Below are positions 29,548 to 38,950 of a DNA stretch of 64,000 nucleotides, one piece after another. Origin of the DNA: a virus; the IMG/VR virus record IMGVR_UViG_3300025466_000014; one strand, written 5' to 3'. The notes under the pieces were generated by a model. The model had not been told where the DNA came from. It saw only the letters and a program-made list of their open reading frames with translations, and searched no databases. The first letter of the stretch is position 1; each line of letters starts with the position of its first letter. The translations under genes and the position numbers were made by a program.

Positions 29548-30606
29548 ATGATAAACATTAAAGTAGAACTTACCTCCTTGGTTGACTCCCTTAGCGTAGT
29601 AACCAAGACTGCTCCGCCCACGTCCGGCAATATTACTTTCTCAGTTGCAAAAGGCAAGCTTAAACTTATCTCAGTTGCAGACTTAAGCCGGTGTTTTGTT
29701 ATTGTGCCCTGTGAAGTCCAAGGTGAAGGCGAGTTTGCGTTGCCGCTTCAGGCAGTTAACGATGCCATTAAAGGTCGTGCATCCTTAAGTATGACCTACG
29801 ATAAGACAATGCTGACAATTAAAAGCGGGAATTACAAAGCGGAGCTTGCTACAGTAGACGTAATACCTTTGGACGAGATGGAAGACGAGAAGGATGTACA
29901 AGAGTGGAAGGTAACTATTGAGCAAGGTAACTGGCTAGTCAAAGCACTGCGCAGTGTGTCACTTAGACCAACCGCTCTTTTAAGTCCTTGGATGCCTGTG
30001 GGTGTTAAGTTAGATGACAAATATGCTTTTGTGGCTTGCTACGATACGCAAAGACTTAGTTGGGTTTCTTCTAAAGAAATTAAGGGTAATTTGGAGATAC
30101 TTCTGCCCATTGATACCATGCAGTCTCTAATGGACGTCTTTAGCAAAACAAATTTTGTTATTGCACAAGGTAAGGCAAACATCAAGGTCAAGAACAAACT
30201 CTACGAAGTAATTCTTTCTATACCTACAGCAGATGATCTGCCCACGCTTAAAGACGTGCAAGGAAAAATTAAAGAGGCTATGAAAGTTTCCGCGTCTACT
30301 TTTGTTACTGCTAAAGAAAGTATTGCATCGTTCCTAGATAATGCTAAGGCAGTTATAGGTAAAGATCGCGCTGAGATAAATGTATCAGGTAAAGGTACTT
30401 CAATAGAGTTTCTGGTAAAGACTGGACAGGGTCAGGTTAAGAACGTTATTAAAGGAACAGGTAAGGGCGATTTTAAAATCGACTATGAATACCTGCAAGA
30501 GGTCTTAACCAAGGCTGATGCCGAAGTTGTTCTTAACGTTGTTGAAGAGGCCTTTCTGTCTGTTAAGCTGGCATCCTCGACAGCAATTATTGCGCTTAAT
30601 CAGTGA
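29548..30606 (+). CDS. Sliding clamp, DNA polymerase III beta (DnaN)-like
   Basis: 352 aa, typical DnaN length. Three alpha/beta segments. FVACYDTQRLS aligns by eye with DnaN ATDGHRL. A clamp loader is in the same block. Confidence 0.6.
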   Translation: MINIKVELTSLVDSLSVVTKTAPPTSGNITFSVAKGKLKLISVADLSRCFVIVPCEVQGEGEFALPLQAVNDAIKGRASLSMTYDKTMLTIKSGNYKAELATVDVIPLDEMEDEKDVQEWKVTIEQGNWLVKALRSVSLRPTALLSPWMPVGVKLDDKYAFVACYDTQRLSWVSSKEIKGNLEILLPIDTMQSLMDVFSKTNFVIAQGKANIKVKNKLYEVILSIPTADDLPTLKDVQGKIKEAMKVSASTFVTAKESIASFLDNAKAVIGKDRAEINVSGKGTSIEFLVKTGQGQVKNVIKGTGKGDFKIDYEYLQEVLTKADAEVVLNVVEEAFLSVKLASSTAIIALNQ

Positions 30607-30619
30607 TTAGAAAGCAAAT

Positions 30620-30991
30620 ATGCAGTCCCTAGTAGATTTTAATCCTGGTGAGTTTTACGCGTTAGGTACCGGTCACGTTCTTGTTACCTCAAAGCAATCA
30701 CCGGGAGTATTTTCTTTGGGTGAACAATTCCAAATGGAATCTATGTTCGATATGTGGGAGTTAAAAAGAAACAAGCAGGTAGTAGGTTTCTTTCTACACT
30801 CTGGCTTTACGGTTAAGAACGGCGGCGGCTATGTTGTAACCTATCTGGAATCCAAAAGAGGTAAAGCTAAGACCGGTTCTCTAACAATTCGCCATCCTGA
30901 GATGATGGTGTACACCTTTGAGGGTTGCGGGGCTTTAGCAGTTGCAACAAAAGTAAATCCTAAAATGCTTGCAATTTTGCTGGAACAATAA
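30620..30991 (+). CDS. Hypothetical protein (123 aa)
   Basis: Operon packing. Confidence 0.65.
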   Translation: MQSLVDFNPGEFYALGTGHVLVTSKQSPGVFSLGEQFQMESMFDMWELKRNKQVVGFFLHSGFTVKNGGGYVVTYLESKRGKAKTGSLTIRHPEMMVYTFEGCGALAVATKVNPKMLAILLEQ

Positions 30992-30992
30992 A

Positions 30993-31514
30993 ATGAGTCA
31001 AGCCTTAGTAAAACAGATACGCGGTAACGAAAACTACAAACAGTTTATTAAGATTGTTGAGACTGTTCAGCAGCGTATAAACATTGAAAATTCCCAAAAA
31101 GAAGCATTAGCATTACACGCTGGTAGACTGAGTAGAAACCTGCATGGTGAGAAAAGATACTCGCCTAAGGCAATTATAGATGCCAACATGCAAGATATGT
31201 CTAACAGAGCCCGTTTAGTTGAGATAAGAGTTAAGAACGATTTGCAGCTGGCAACATTGCGTTCAGCTATTGAAGCAATGCGCAGGCACGTAAGTACCCA
31301 ATATTCTGAAGAGCTTCGAGACTTCTCTACAGCAGGGCAACGCACGGCATTCGTTGACCGCGTACTAAAGGCGTCTGTGCAGCTCTTAGAGGAAGGCGAG
31401 GCCCTGATATCCATGTTGGACAGTCTTATAAAAGACTTGGATCAGACTTCGCATACAATGCGGCACATTATTGAAGCTTTAAAACTTGTGTCTGAAAAAG
31501 GTAAGAACATTTAA
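30993..31514 (+). CDS. Hypothetical helical protein (start likely MSQALV at 30993)
   Basis: In-frame ATG just after the previous stop; coiled-coil character. Confidence 0.65.
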   Translation: MSQALVKQIRGNENYKQFIKIVETVQQRINIENSQKEALALHAGRLSRNLHGEKRYSPKAIIDANMQDMSNRARLVEIRVKNDLQLATLRSAIEAMRRHVSTQYSEELRDFSTAGQRTAFVDRVLKASVQLLEEGEALISMLDSLIKDLDQTSHTMRHIIEALKLVSEKGKNI

Positions 31515-31522
31515 AGGTTACT

Positions 31523-33040
31523 ATGGAAATTAAAGCCTTCAAGAGAGAAGCAGTCTTCATACCCATAAAGAAACTTGAGGCAAAGGTAGTAAAGCGAGTA
31601 AAAGAAAGACTTGAATTTAAGTTTTATGATGATAAGGTGTGTGCCACCTGTGAATGGCTGCCTGAAAAACATAACGACATCTGTGATACTTGTCCTGCCT
31701 ATAAAGGCGGCTACAACTTGGCTAGCGTTGTAAAGGTAGGCGCTAAAGCCAACAAGTATCTCAAAGTTCCGGTAGGCACGTTTGATAAAACAGCTAGGTA
31801 CCTAAAGACTCATGGAGTTGAGATTAATCTTGTTAGCAAGACAGTTGACCACAAGATTAAACCTGTAAACTTTACAGGTACGTTGCAGCCCTTGCAAGTA
31901 ACCGCAGTAGACAAAATGCTAGAAAAGAAGCGCGGCGTCTTAAAGTCGCCTCCTCGCACCGGCAAGACAGTTATGGGTGCGGCATTGGTATGCAAGTTGC
32001 AGAAAAAGACATTGATAATGGCTTCTCAGCGCGACTGGCTAATGGGGTTTAAAGAAACCTTCGTAGGTTCAAAGACACAAAAACCTTTGACCGACCTAGA
32101 ACCGGTACGCATTAAAGTATGCAAAACATTAGATGATTTTCGTAATACAGATGTATGTTTGGCTACAGTACAGACGTTTTACTCCGAGGCAGGGGAGAAG
32201 CTTTTAGCCAAACTGCGTGATACTTTCAGTGTTATCCTAATTGACGAAGTACAAACTGCGGCTGCTGACAAATACGTCAAGATAATGGCTCGTTTAAATG
32301 CCGAATACTTGATAGGTTTATCGGGTACTCCTCAACGCAAGGACATGAAGGAAGTTTTGGTCGACAACGTGCTGGGCCCTATTTTGCATGAGGTCACAGT
32401 CGACAGAGTTCGACCACACGTAAAGCTAACAAAGACCGCTTACACTAAGACCTACAAAGGGCAGATAATGTGGCAACGCATGGTGTCGGCTCTAGAGAAC
32501 GACCCGAAAAGATTAAAGTTAATTGCCAATCAAGCCGTTAAAGACATAAAAGATGGGCACTTAGTTCTAATTCCAATGGCGCAGGTAAAGCCCATTGCAA
32601 AGCTAGTAAAGTTAATAAACGACTTAGCTGGAAAAACAGTTTGTGTGCCTTTTACTGGCAAAGAGAAAAAAGAAGTTAGGGATTCAGTTATTCAGAAAGC
32701 ACGTAACTACAGACTTAAATGTTTGGTCGGCACTGCAAAGATTCTCTCTGTTGGTATTAACATACCAAGAGCTTCTATGCTGTATGAGTCTATTATTTCA
32801 AATAATCTGCCTGCAGCAGAACAAAGATTTGCTCGCGTCTTAACGCCTATGGAAGATAAACCGCCAGCTTGCATACGATTTTTCTTAGACAGCTTTAGCA
32901 TTAGGCGTAACTGTCTAAGAAACGAGTATTTCAATTGCTTGGTCCCTAAGTACAAACCTATAGTGGACGAAAGAACAAAGCTCCTGCTAAACTCTTATTT
33001 TAAAGAGAAAAATGCGGACGTAGTAAAGGTAGACTTGTGA
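31523..33040 (+). CDS. Superfamily II DNA helicase (UvsW/XPB-like)
   Basis: SPPRTGKT, LIDEVQ, LSGTP, VGINIP, QRFARV motifs. Confidence 0.85.
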   Translation: MEIKAFKREAVFIPIKKLEAKVVKRVKERLEFKFYDDKVCATCEWLPEKHNDICDTCPAYKGGYNLASVVKVGAKANKYLKVPVGTFDKTARYLKTHGVEINLVSKTVDHKIKPVNFTGTLQPLQVTAVDKMLEKKRGVLKSPPRTGKTVMGAALVCKLQKKTLIMASQRDWLMGFKETFVGSKTQKPLTDLEPVRIKVCKTLDDFRNTDVCLATVQTFYSEAGEKLLAKLRDTFSVILIDEVQTAAADKYVKIMARLNAEYLIGLSGTPQRKDMKEVLVDNVLGPILHEVTVDRVRPHVKLTKTAYTKTYKGQIMWQRMVSALENDPKRLKLIANQAVKDIKDGHLVLIPMAQVKPIAKLVKLINDLAGKTVCVPFTGKEKKEVRDSVIQKARNYRLKCLVGTAKILSVGINIPRASMLYESIISNNLPAAEQRFARVLTPMEDKPPACIRFFLDSFSIRRNCLRNEYFNCLVPKYKPIVDERTKLLLNSYFKEKNADVVKVDL

Positions 33041-33621
33041 CACACACAAAGGTTAGAGTTGTAGTAAAGAATAAACATCTTCTAGACGGACTAGTTCACG
33101 GCTCTATTTGGAGACAAGGCTCTTTTGTATGGGAGCCGCAGTCGTTTGTTTTAGAGTCGCCAAAGCTAGACGGTCGAATAATAGAAGATTCTGTTATGGT
33201 AGAGTCTCTGGAGAATTTCAGAACGAATCCTACAGCACCACAAACATACGTAGTTGCGGGAAATCCAGATGACAATAAGGCTAAATACTTTGCTGCCTAT
33301 TTAGCCCTAATTCATAAGGAGAGATTAAAACATCATGCCAACATCGTCTGGGAAAATATCTTTGGTGGATTTGACAATCTTCTTCTTAAAAAAGACACTG
33401 ACCCTTCGATGCTAATTTTATCTGGTCTAGCTGAAAACTCTACGAACATAAAATTCGAGAAAGCTAGAGACCTTATAGAACGTTGGCCGGACATACCTAA
33501 GGTAATTGTCTGCGCAGGTGAAGATCCTATATCGTTTGCCTCAACTAAATTGCACATAGCTGCGCACTCTATTGCGTACTTCCCAAGTAGAATGTCTAAG
33601 ACAGTTCAGGAAGTAATGTAA
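33037..33621 (+). CDS. Hypothetical protein, possibly a degenerate DnaC-like helicase loader
   Basis: Sits immediately upstream of DnaB. MLILSGL...EKARDLIERW...KVIV echoes a AAA+ Walker B/sensor layout, but the canonical Walker A is missing. Confidence 0.4.
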   Translation: MTHTKVRVVVKNKHLLDGLVHGSIWRQGSFVWEPQSFVLESPKLDGRIIEDSVMVESLENFRTNPTAPQTYVVAGNPDDNKAKYFAAYLALIHKERLKHHANIVWENIFGGFDNLLLKKDTDPSMLILSGLAENSTNIKFEKARDLIERWPDIPKVIVCAGEDPISFASTKLHIAAHSIAYFPSRMSKTVQEVM

Positions 33622-33632
33622 CTATAAATACA
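33620..33632 (+). promoter_or_regulatory. Second AACTATAAATACA copy, directly before the DnaB start
   Basis: Exact match to 22092-22104. Confidence 0.5.
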
Positions 33633-33636
33633 AAGA

Positions 33637-34998
33637 ATGTCTATAAAAATTGTATCTCCCCGTGCCGAACTCTCTGTGCTTAGAGCAATAACTTCTAAGA
33701 ACAAAATCATTGCAGGAACTGTTCTACAGGGCGTAGACGAGTCTTACTTTGATTCTCCTGAGAGTAAAGAAATCTTTACCGTGATGAAAAATCACATGGC
33801 GCGTACAGGTGAAAGTCCTACCTACAAGCTTCTCTTAGAAGACCCAGAGCTTTCAACAGACGCGCGTTCCTTTTTTAGGGATTCTGAGGCAACAATAACA
33901 ACACCAGAAGAAGCCGTTAAGGCAGTAAAGATTCTAAACAAGTATCGCCAGACCCGAGGCCTGTACGAGCTGGCGGCAGACATTGATCGCAAAATGCAGG
34001 CGGGTAAATTAGATATTGACGCTGCATTAGAGCAGGCCTCCAACGTTGTTAGTTCTCTACGTGCTAACAAGAGCAAAAAAGATGCATTCCTGCATTTCGG
34101 CAAAAGCAACAATAGTTTGGGTTTCATTAAAGACTTAATCTACAGCGAAGACAATGACGACGTAATACCGACCGGTATTCCTGTTTTCGATGAACAGTCC
34201 GGCGGCTTCATGCGCGGCGGGTTGGTAACACTAGGCGCGTCCTCTGGTGGCGGTAAATCTGTTCTGGCTAATCAGCTTGCTAAAAATATGGCAGAGCTAG
34301 GATACAAGGTCCTCTTGGTTCCTCTTGAAATGACAAGACTCGAGATGAGCGGGCGCTTAACTGCTAACGTTGCCAAGATGGACGTTACTCGGGTTCTGCA
34401 AAAACGGTTAGCATCTGGTGAAAAGGACTTGGCCTTCGCTAAGATGAAACGCTGGATGCACAAAGTTAAACTTGCAGGTGGGCGTCTAACTTACTTCGAT
34501 CCAGGTGAAGATCTAGATTTAGAAGAGATTTTTGCAGCCTCTAACAGCTACGATTGCGATGTAGTTATTATTGATTACATATCGCTTCTTAAAGGTGTTG
34601 ACGGCGATGACGCTTGGCAGAAATTAGGTGCAGCCGCACGTACTGCTAAGGTAAACGCTAAGGCTACCAATCGTGTGAACGTTTTGCTCTGTCAGGTATC
34701 TGAAGACGGTAAGATTCGATACGCACGTTCTATTTCAGAGCATAGCAATAGCAGTTGGGTATGGGTAACGGACAAGAATGAAAGAGCTAAGCCTATTGGA
34801 CGTATTCGAGTTGAACAGCCTAAATCGCGTAACAGTAGGGCATTCCCGTTTGAGATTGGCATCGAGTGGGCATTTATGCGAGTAGTTTCAGTGGAGAATC
34901 AAAGCGAAGTTGGTGAGGTGGCGGAACCAACAAACACTAAGGGTAGTCGAGGTGTAACGGAAAAAGAGAAACCTAGAAGGAATTTAGCAGATGTATGA
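33637..34998 (+). CDS. dnaB: Replicative DnaB-like helicase
   Basis: GASSGGGKS Walker A, PLEM (H1a), IIDYISL (H2), LCQ (H3), and an N-terminal helical domain. Confidence 0.88.
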   Translation: MSIKIVSPRAELSVLRAITSKNKIIAGTVLQGVDESYFDSPESKEIFTVMKNHMARTGESPTYKLLLEDPELSTDARSFFRDSEATITTPEEAVKAVKILNKYRQTRGLYELAADIDRKMQAGKLDIDAALEQASNVVSSLRANKSKKDAFLHFGKSNNSLGFIKDLIYSEDNDDVIPTGIPVFDEQSGGFMRGGLVTLGASSGGGKSVLANQLAKNMAELGYKVLLVPLEMTRLEMSGRLTANVAKMDVTRVLQKRLASGEKDLAFAKMKRWMHKVKLAGGRLTYFDPGEDLDLEEIFAASNSYDCDVVIIDYISLLKGVDGDDAWQKLGAAARTAKVNAKATNRVNVLLCQVSEDGKIRYARSISEHSNSSWVWVTDKNERAKPIGRIRVEQPKSRNSRAFPFEIGIEWAFMRVVSVENQSEVGEVAEPTNTKGSRGVTEKEKPRRNLADV

Positions 34999-35251
34999 TG
35001 AAATAGTGCCTGACAAAAATACAAGATTTTTAGGTGTCACTAAAATGGGTAAAGACCTATTCGCCTATCAGCTTTACATTAAAAAGGAATTAGCGAAGAC
35101 TATTGTTCTAGATGAAACGCTAAGTCCTGCGGAGGCTGAAACCTTTAGGCTTACCCAGGTGGAGTTGCATTACACGCCGTATAGGGTGTATCAGCGGTCA
35201 TTAGCTTACCTAGAGTCATGTAGAAAAGGTTCTCAATTAAGCCTAATCTAG
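34991..35251 (+). CDS. Hypothetical protein (86 aa)
   Basis: Overlaps the DnaB stop; last gene before the convergent terminator. Confidence 0.6.
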   Translation: MYDEIVPDKNTRFLGVTKMGKDLFAYQLYIKKELAKTIVLDETLSPAEAETFRLTQVELHYTPYRVYQRSLAYLESCRKGSQLSLI

Positions 35252-35311
35252 CCTGTAAAAACAGGGCGCAATTAGGTAAATTTAGTGCTTGACGTGCAAA
35301 GTACAGTCAAT

Positions 35312-35350
35312 AAAAAAGCCCGTAGAATAATTGCTATTCTACGGGCTTTT
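35312..35350. terminator. Bidirectional intrinsic terminator between convergent blocks
   Basis: aaaaaagcccgtagaata-attgc-tattctacgggctttt. Confidence 0.8.
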
Positions 35351-35365
35351 CCTATTTCCTACAAA

Positions 35366-35719
35366 CTAGCTAATTAGTTTTGGCTGCCTTTGATTGTGCA
35401 GTTGATAACGTTCCACTGGGTTCTTGGAATCCCAGTAATTCGTAAGACCATGCTCTACTGCGTAATCGGCTTTATCTGAGGCGTCACTTAAAAACGTGCA
35501 ACTCTTGTCGTTTACAGAGGACGCAATCATGCTACCTTGTGGCGACACGACAAACACAGACGGGTGTGCGCGTGAGTAGAGACCTGAAAACACTTCGTTT
35601 CCTAGTCCGTCAGTTCCATGCCTAGTAACCTCAGTAAAAATCCAGTAGGCACCTTGATGGTCTCTAAACTTCATTACTAAGTTTGAGGCTAGCAATCTTG
35701 TTTTGGCTTCTATCTTCAT
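35366..35719 (-). CDS. Hypothetical protein with shared leader MKIEAKTRLLAS
   Basis: RBS present; leader shared with paralog-independent ORFs. Confidence 0.75.
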   Translation of the reverse strand: MKIEAKTRLLASNLVMKFRDHQGAYWIFTEVTRHGTDGLGNEVFSGLYSRAHPSVFVVSPQGSMIASSVNDKSCTFLSDASDKADYAVEHGLTNYWDSKNPVERYQLHNQRQPKLIS

Positions 35720-35741
35720 TTTTTAATCCCTCGATTCCTTG

Positions 35742-35969
35742 TTAAGCGTAACCTGCGGCACTCCAGACTCCGTCTACTTTCAGAGCATTTATTTCGTGTT
35801 TATGCTGATGCATACTTCCATAGGGACTCAGCTTGCCCATCATTTGTTTTAGGTAAGTAGGTGTAGCCTGAGAGGGATCGCAGACAACAAGATGTGTTGA
35901 GTACAAAATCTTGTTGTCTTTAATCTTAGGAAACTCAGAAGCTTTTAGCCTTGTTTTTGCTTTTAGCAT
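35742..35969 (-). CDS. Hypothetical protein with shared leader MLKAKTRLKAS
   Basis: Leader motif; tight packing. Confidence 0.7.
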   Translation of the reverse strand: MLKAKTRLKASEFPKIKDNKILYSTHLVVCDPSQATPTYLKQMMGKLSPYGSMHQHKHEINALKVDGVWSAAGYA

Positions 35970-35970
35970 T

Positions 35971-36255
35971 TTACATATGATAGACTAAGAATATAAGCGC
36001 ACTTATTTCTTTTTTGGTTAAACCTAGTTCTTCAGGTAATCCTTTAAGACTTAGGGCTTTGCGAACAACTTCTAAATATCGTTCATGCGTAGCAACTTCA
36101 CCTTTGCCTGTCTTAATTAGCTCTTCTAAAGCAAACTCAAACATGCGCAACGAATGCTTATCGCCTTGCATAACGCCGTCAGCTAACCCGTCAGCAAACT
36201 CATAACAACGGTTAATAGCCTTTAATCGCAACCTAGCCCTAATCTTAACACTCAT
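35971..36255 (-). CDS. Hypothetical protein with leader variant MSVKIRARLRLKA
   Basis: GGAG RBS; leader-like N-terminus. Confidence 0.7.
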   Translation of the reverse strand: MSVKIRARLRLKAINRCYEFADGLADGVMQGDKHSLRMFEFALEELIKTGKGEVATHERYLEVVRKALSLKGLPEELGLTKKEISALIFLVYHM

Positions 36256-36272
36256 CTTAGCTCCCTAAAGTC

Positions 36273-37454
36273 TTATATAGCCAACATTCGCATATCGAAA
36301 CGTGAACGCTGAATTTCACCGTGCTTAATATGATACAAAATTGCGTTCATATCTTGTTCGCTGCGATAACCTTGACCATGATGCCAAGAATCTGACGGAG
36401 CTAAAGTACGGTGAGTTTCAACTACACAGCCGGGAAACTCTTTTGCGGTTTTGTGATGAATGTGCCCACAATGCCAAACACGAAAGTCTGTTTGACCCCA
36501 GTCTTCTTTGCGGTCGCGAGCCATTATGAGGGGGAGGTCTTGGAACTTTGCACCATGGCCGTGATGCGAAGCAATGAGGTTAGCCCCGAAGCGATGATAC
36601 TTGTAAAGAGAAGTACCCAAGTCTACTTCAACGCGCGGTTCGTTATGAAAGTAAAACTTGATTGCCATTGCCAAGGCAAATGAGGCTTCTGGGTCATGGT
36701 TACCAGGCATCATCCAAAGAATGACCTTTTTATGCTTGGCTAGAAGTTTAAGGACGCTGTTAATTACCGCAAACGCTCCAGTGTACATTACTTTACCGTA
36801 ACGACTGTCTACGTCAAGTTTATTGCCTCCACCTGGAGTTTCGTTTTTGTTGTCGTTGGCATGTGTAAAATCTCCCAGGTTAATTACCAACGCAGTCTCT
36901 GCGGGAGGCATAATGGAGATTAGATAGTCAAAAGCAGACTCTAGAGAATGCTTGGAGATTTTACAATCGTAGTTTTTACCGGTTTCTTCTGCGTCTGAGC
37001 GCATACCATGATGATGGTCACCTATAGGGTAACAAGCCAAAAGGTCGGCGTTAGTAAAGGTCGGAGGTTTAACTACGGGCGCCTTGCCTTTAACGTCTGC
37101 GCACAAATCTTCTATAAATGCTTTAAGCATTGCGATGCGTTGCACATCGTCAACTTTAGATTTGTACCAAGTTTGAGTAACTTCGTTGGTGCGATTGTTT
37201 ACCAGCTGACTTACGCCGCTAAATTGAAAAGGCGTAGGCAGCGGCTTTCGATAGTCGTGCATATTTGGCATTTGTAATGCCGCTTGCGCTCGAAGTCTAG
37301 CTAAACCTCGCTCAATAGCTCTCGGAGCAATACCCATAGCTTTAGCCGCTTTAACCTGTGACCCATGTTTCTTAAGCGCATCTACGTACTCAATCTGCCT
37401 AACGGTTGCAAACTCTATCATGCTATCGTATGCTGTTATATTCTCTTTAGTCAT
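36273..37454 (-). CDS. HTH plus calcineurin-like metallophosphoesterase
   Basis: GDHH, LGDFTH, PGNHD, HHGH and CGHIHH motifs. N-terminal GSQVKAAKAMGI HTH. Confidence 0.8.
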   Translation of the reverse strand: MTKENITAYDSMIEFATVRQIEYVDALKKHGSQVKAAKAMGIAPRAIERGLARLRAQAALQMPNMHDYRKPLPTPFQFSGVSQLVNNRTNEVTQTWYKSKVDDVQRIAMLKAFIEDLCADVKGKAPVVKPPTFTNADLLACYPIGDHHHGMRSDAEETGKNYDCKISKHSLESAFDYLISIMPPAETALVINLGDFTHANDNKNETPGGGNKLDVDSRYGKVMYTGAFAVINSVLKLLAKHKKVILWMMPGNHDPEASFALAMAIKFYFHNEPRVEVDLGTSLYKYHRFGANLIASHHGHGAKFQDLPLIMARDRKEDWGQTDFRVWHCGHIHHKTAKEFPGCVVETHRTLAPSDSWHHGQGYRSEQDMNAILYHIKHGEIQRSRFDMRMLAI

Positions 37455-37825
37455 ATATTCCCCGACAAGATGCGTTCAAGGATTACGACCACAGAGTGCT
37501 CAGCCGTAGCAATAGCAGCTGGGTCGCGCGATTTAGAAGCTTCAATTAGTGAGTAAAGAAAGATATGGACCATTTCATGTGCAGCAGCCTGGTCAATACT
37601 CTTTTCGTCTATTTTGGTGTTTTCCCAGTTGTCACCGAGTCGAACAGTTGCAAGTTTATCTTCTAGAGAAAGATCAACATCTGCAATGTTGCCCTTAGAC
37701 GCTAAACCTCCGCGCTCGACGCGCCAGTCTAGCAAGTTAAGAAGTTTTTGGTAGTGCTCTAATCTTGTATAGAAAAAGTCTACCTGTTCGGGAGTGGGTG
37801 CATTTTTTACTTTTTTCCTAGCCAT
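37451..37825 (-). CDS. Small zincin-like metallopeptidase-domain protein
   Basis: AAAHEMVHIFL (HExxH) with downstream EH. Confidence 0.6.
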   Translation of the reverse strand: MARKKVKNAPTPEQVDFFYTRLEHYQKLLNLLDWRVERGGLASKGNIADVDLSLEDKLATVRLGDNWENTKIDEKSIDQAAAHEMVHIFLYSLIEASKSRDPAAIATAEHSVVVILERILSGNI

Positions 37826-37918
37826 TGTTTGTCCTATTCAGGGCAAGCCTATTGGTTCGTCGGGTTGAGGCTCATAAACACCTCATCAAAGGTAACCGTT
37901 TTTAGTTTGTAAATCCTT

Positions 37919-38299
37919 CTATTTAGCCGTAGCTAAAAGTCTGCTTTTTGCTTTTATTAGCCCATAAAAAGATGCGACCATTCTCTGTACTTCAAGAAGG
38001 TCATACCTACGAATTTTTGAATACCAAGACATTAAAAATGCCTGAGATACGTCAAACACTAAAGTATCGCCTTGTAGCGCATTGTCCGACCAACTTATCT
38101 CATCTCCTTCTTTAGGGCCTAAGACGTTTAGACCCAAAGACTCCAAGTAACGTGACAGCCCATGCAAAAAACCAGAAGACTTGGCACAGGTTTTAGGATT
38201 ACCTTCTATTTTTACCAGCAGTTCTCTTTTCTTAAAATCAGCTACTACTGAAGTCAATGCTATCTTGCCACGACCTGGGTAAATGTAAACCTGTGCCAT
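37919..38299 (-). CDS. Hypothetical protein ending in the leader-like motif KAKSRLLATAK
   Basis: 126 aa ORF with RBS. Confidence 0.65.
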   Translation of the reverse strand: MAQVYIYPGRGKIALTSVVADFKKRELLVKIEGNPKTCAKSSGFLHGLSRYLESLGLNVLGPKEGDEISWSDNALQGDTLVFDVSQAFLMSWYSKIRRYDLLEVQRMVASFYGLIKAKSRLLATAK

Positions 38300-38307
38300 T
38301 TCAAGTC

Positions 38308-38895
38308 CTACTTTTTAAAATTCTTTTCAATTGCCGTTTCCAGAGCGTCTACTGCGTGATAGAATTTGTATGCCCAGTCTGTTAAAGCTTTCATGCGCTC
38401 CTGCACTTGCTGGCGGATATCGTCTACCTCATTAGCCCAGGCTTCCATCTTTTTAGTGCCTTTGAATTTTTTATTCAGAGTAACCAGGTCTACGTCTTTT
38501 TTTACGCTAACGTCAATGACGCTGCTTAAGAGACCTTCAATGCTAATAAAGTCTTGAAATCCAAAAATAACTTCTTTCCCCTTTACAGAAAAGCTGAAAC
38601 CTAATTCAGTGCCCTTTTCTAAGGGATGTTTTGTGGTGAATGAAAGGTGTGTGTCACCTTCGTTGTCATAAATGCTTTTGTTTAGAGAGACTTTAAGTCC
38701 GTTCTTAGAAAAGACGTCAACAATAAATTTACCAGCCTGCTTGGCATCCATGTTGGCTTGAACTGCGGTAGCAGCAAGTTCACCTTCACGAACTTTTTTC
38801 AAGTCCTCACCGTCAATCTTGCCGTCACCGTTAATGTCAAGCTTCTTTTGCTTTTGTGTCAATGCAAGCAATCGAGTTTTAGCTTTAAGTTCCAT
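38308..38895 (-). CDS. Leader-bearing protein (MELKAKTRLLAL) with EF-hand-like loop
   Basis: DINGDGKIDGEDL fits the D-x-N-x-D-G-x-I-D-x-x-D Ca-binding loop. Confidence 0.75.
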   Translation of the reverse strand: MELKAKTRLLALTQKQKKLDINGDGKIDGEDLKKVREGELAATAVQANMDAKQAGKFIVDVFSKNGLKVSLNKSIYDNEGDTHLSFTTKHPLEKGTELGFSFSVKGKEVIFGFQDFISIEGLLSSVIDVSVKKDVDLVTLNKKFKGTKKMEAWANEVDDIRQQVQERMKALTDWAYKFYHAVDALETAIEKNFKK

Positions 38896-38920
38896 TTTTT
38901 AATTCCTTAGTTCCTTAAAG

Positions 38921-38945
38921 GAAAGGGCCCGTTAAGAGCCCCTTC
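38921..38945 (-). terminator. Possible intrinsic terminator
   Basis: Minus strand aggggctc-ttaac-gggccctt (two G-U pairs) followed by tccttt. Confidence 0.4.
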
Positions 38946-38950
38946 TGTTA

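Noticed and set aside
31523-34998. Inteins or introns in the helicases (also checked in SNF2 and capsid)
   Set aside because: Motif spacing and lengths are normal; no intein terminal signatures or interrupting HNH were seen.
37826-37921. TAG read-through or frameshift extending 37919-38299 past its terminal motif
   Set aside because: Read-through adds only 10 codons before TGA, and the alternative frame checked is also short.
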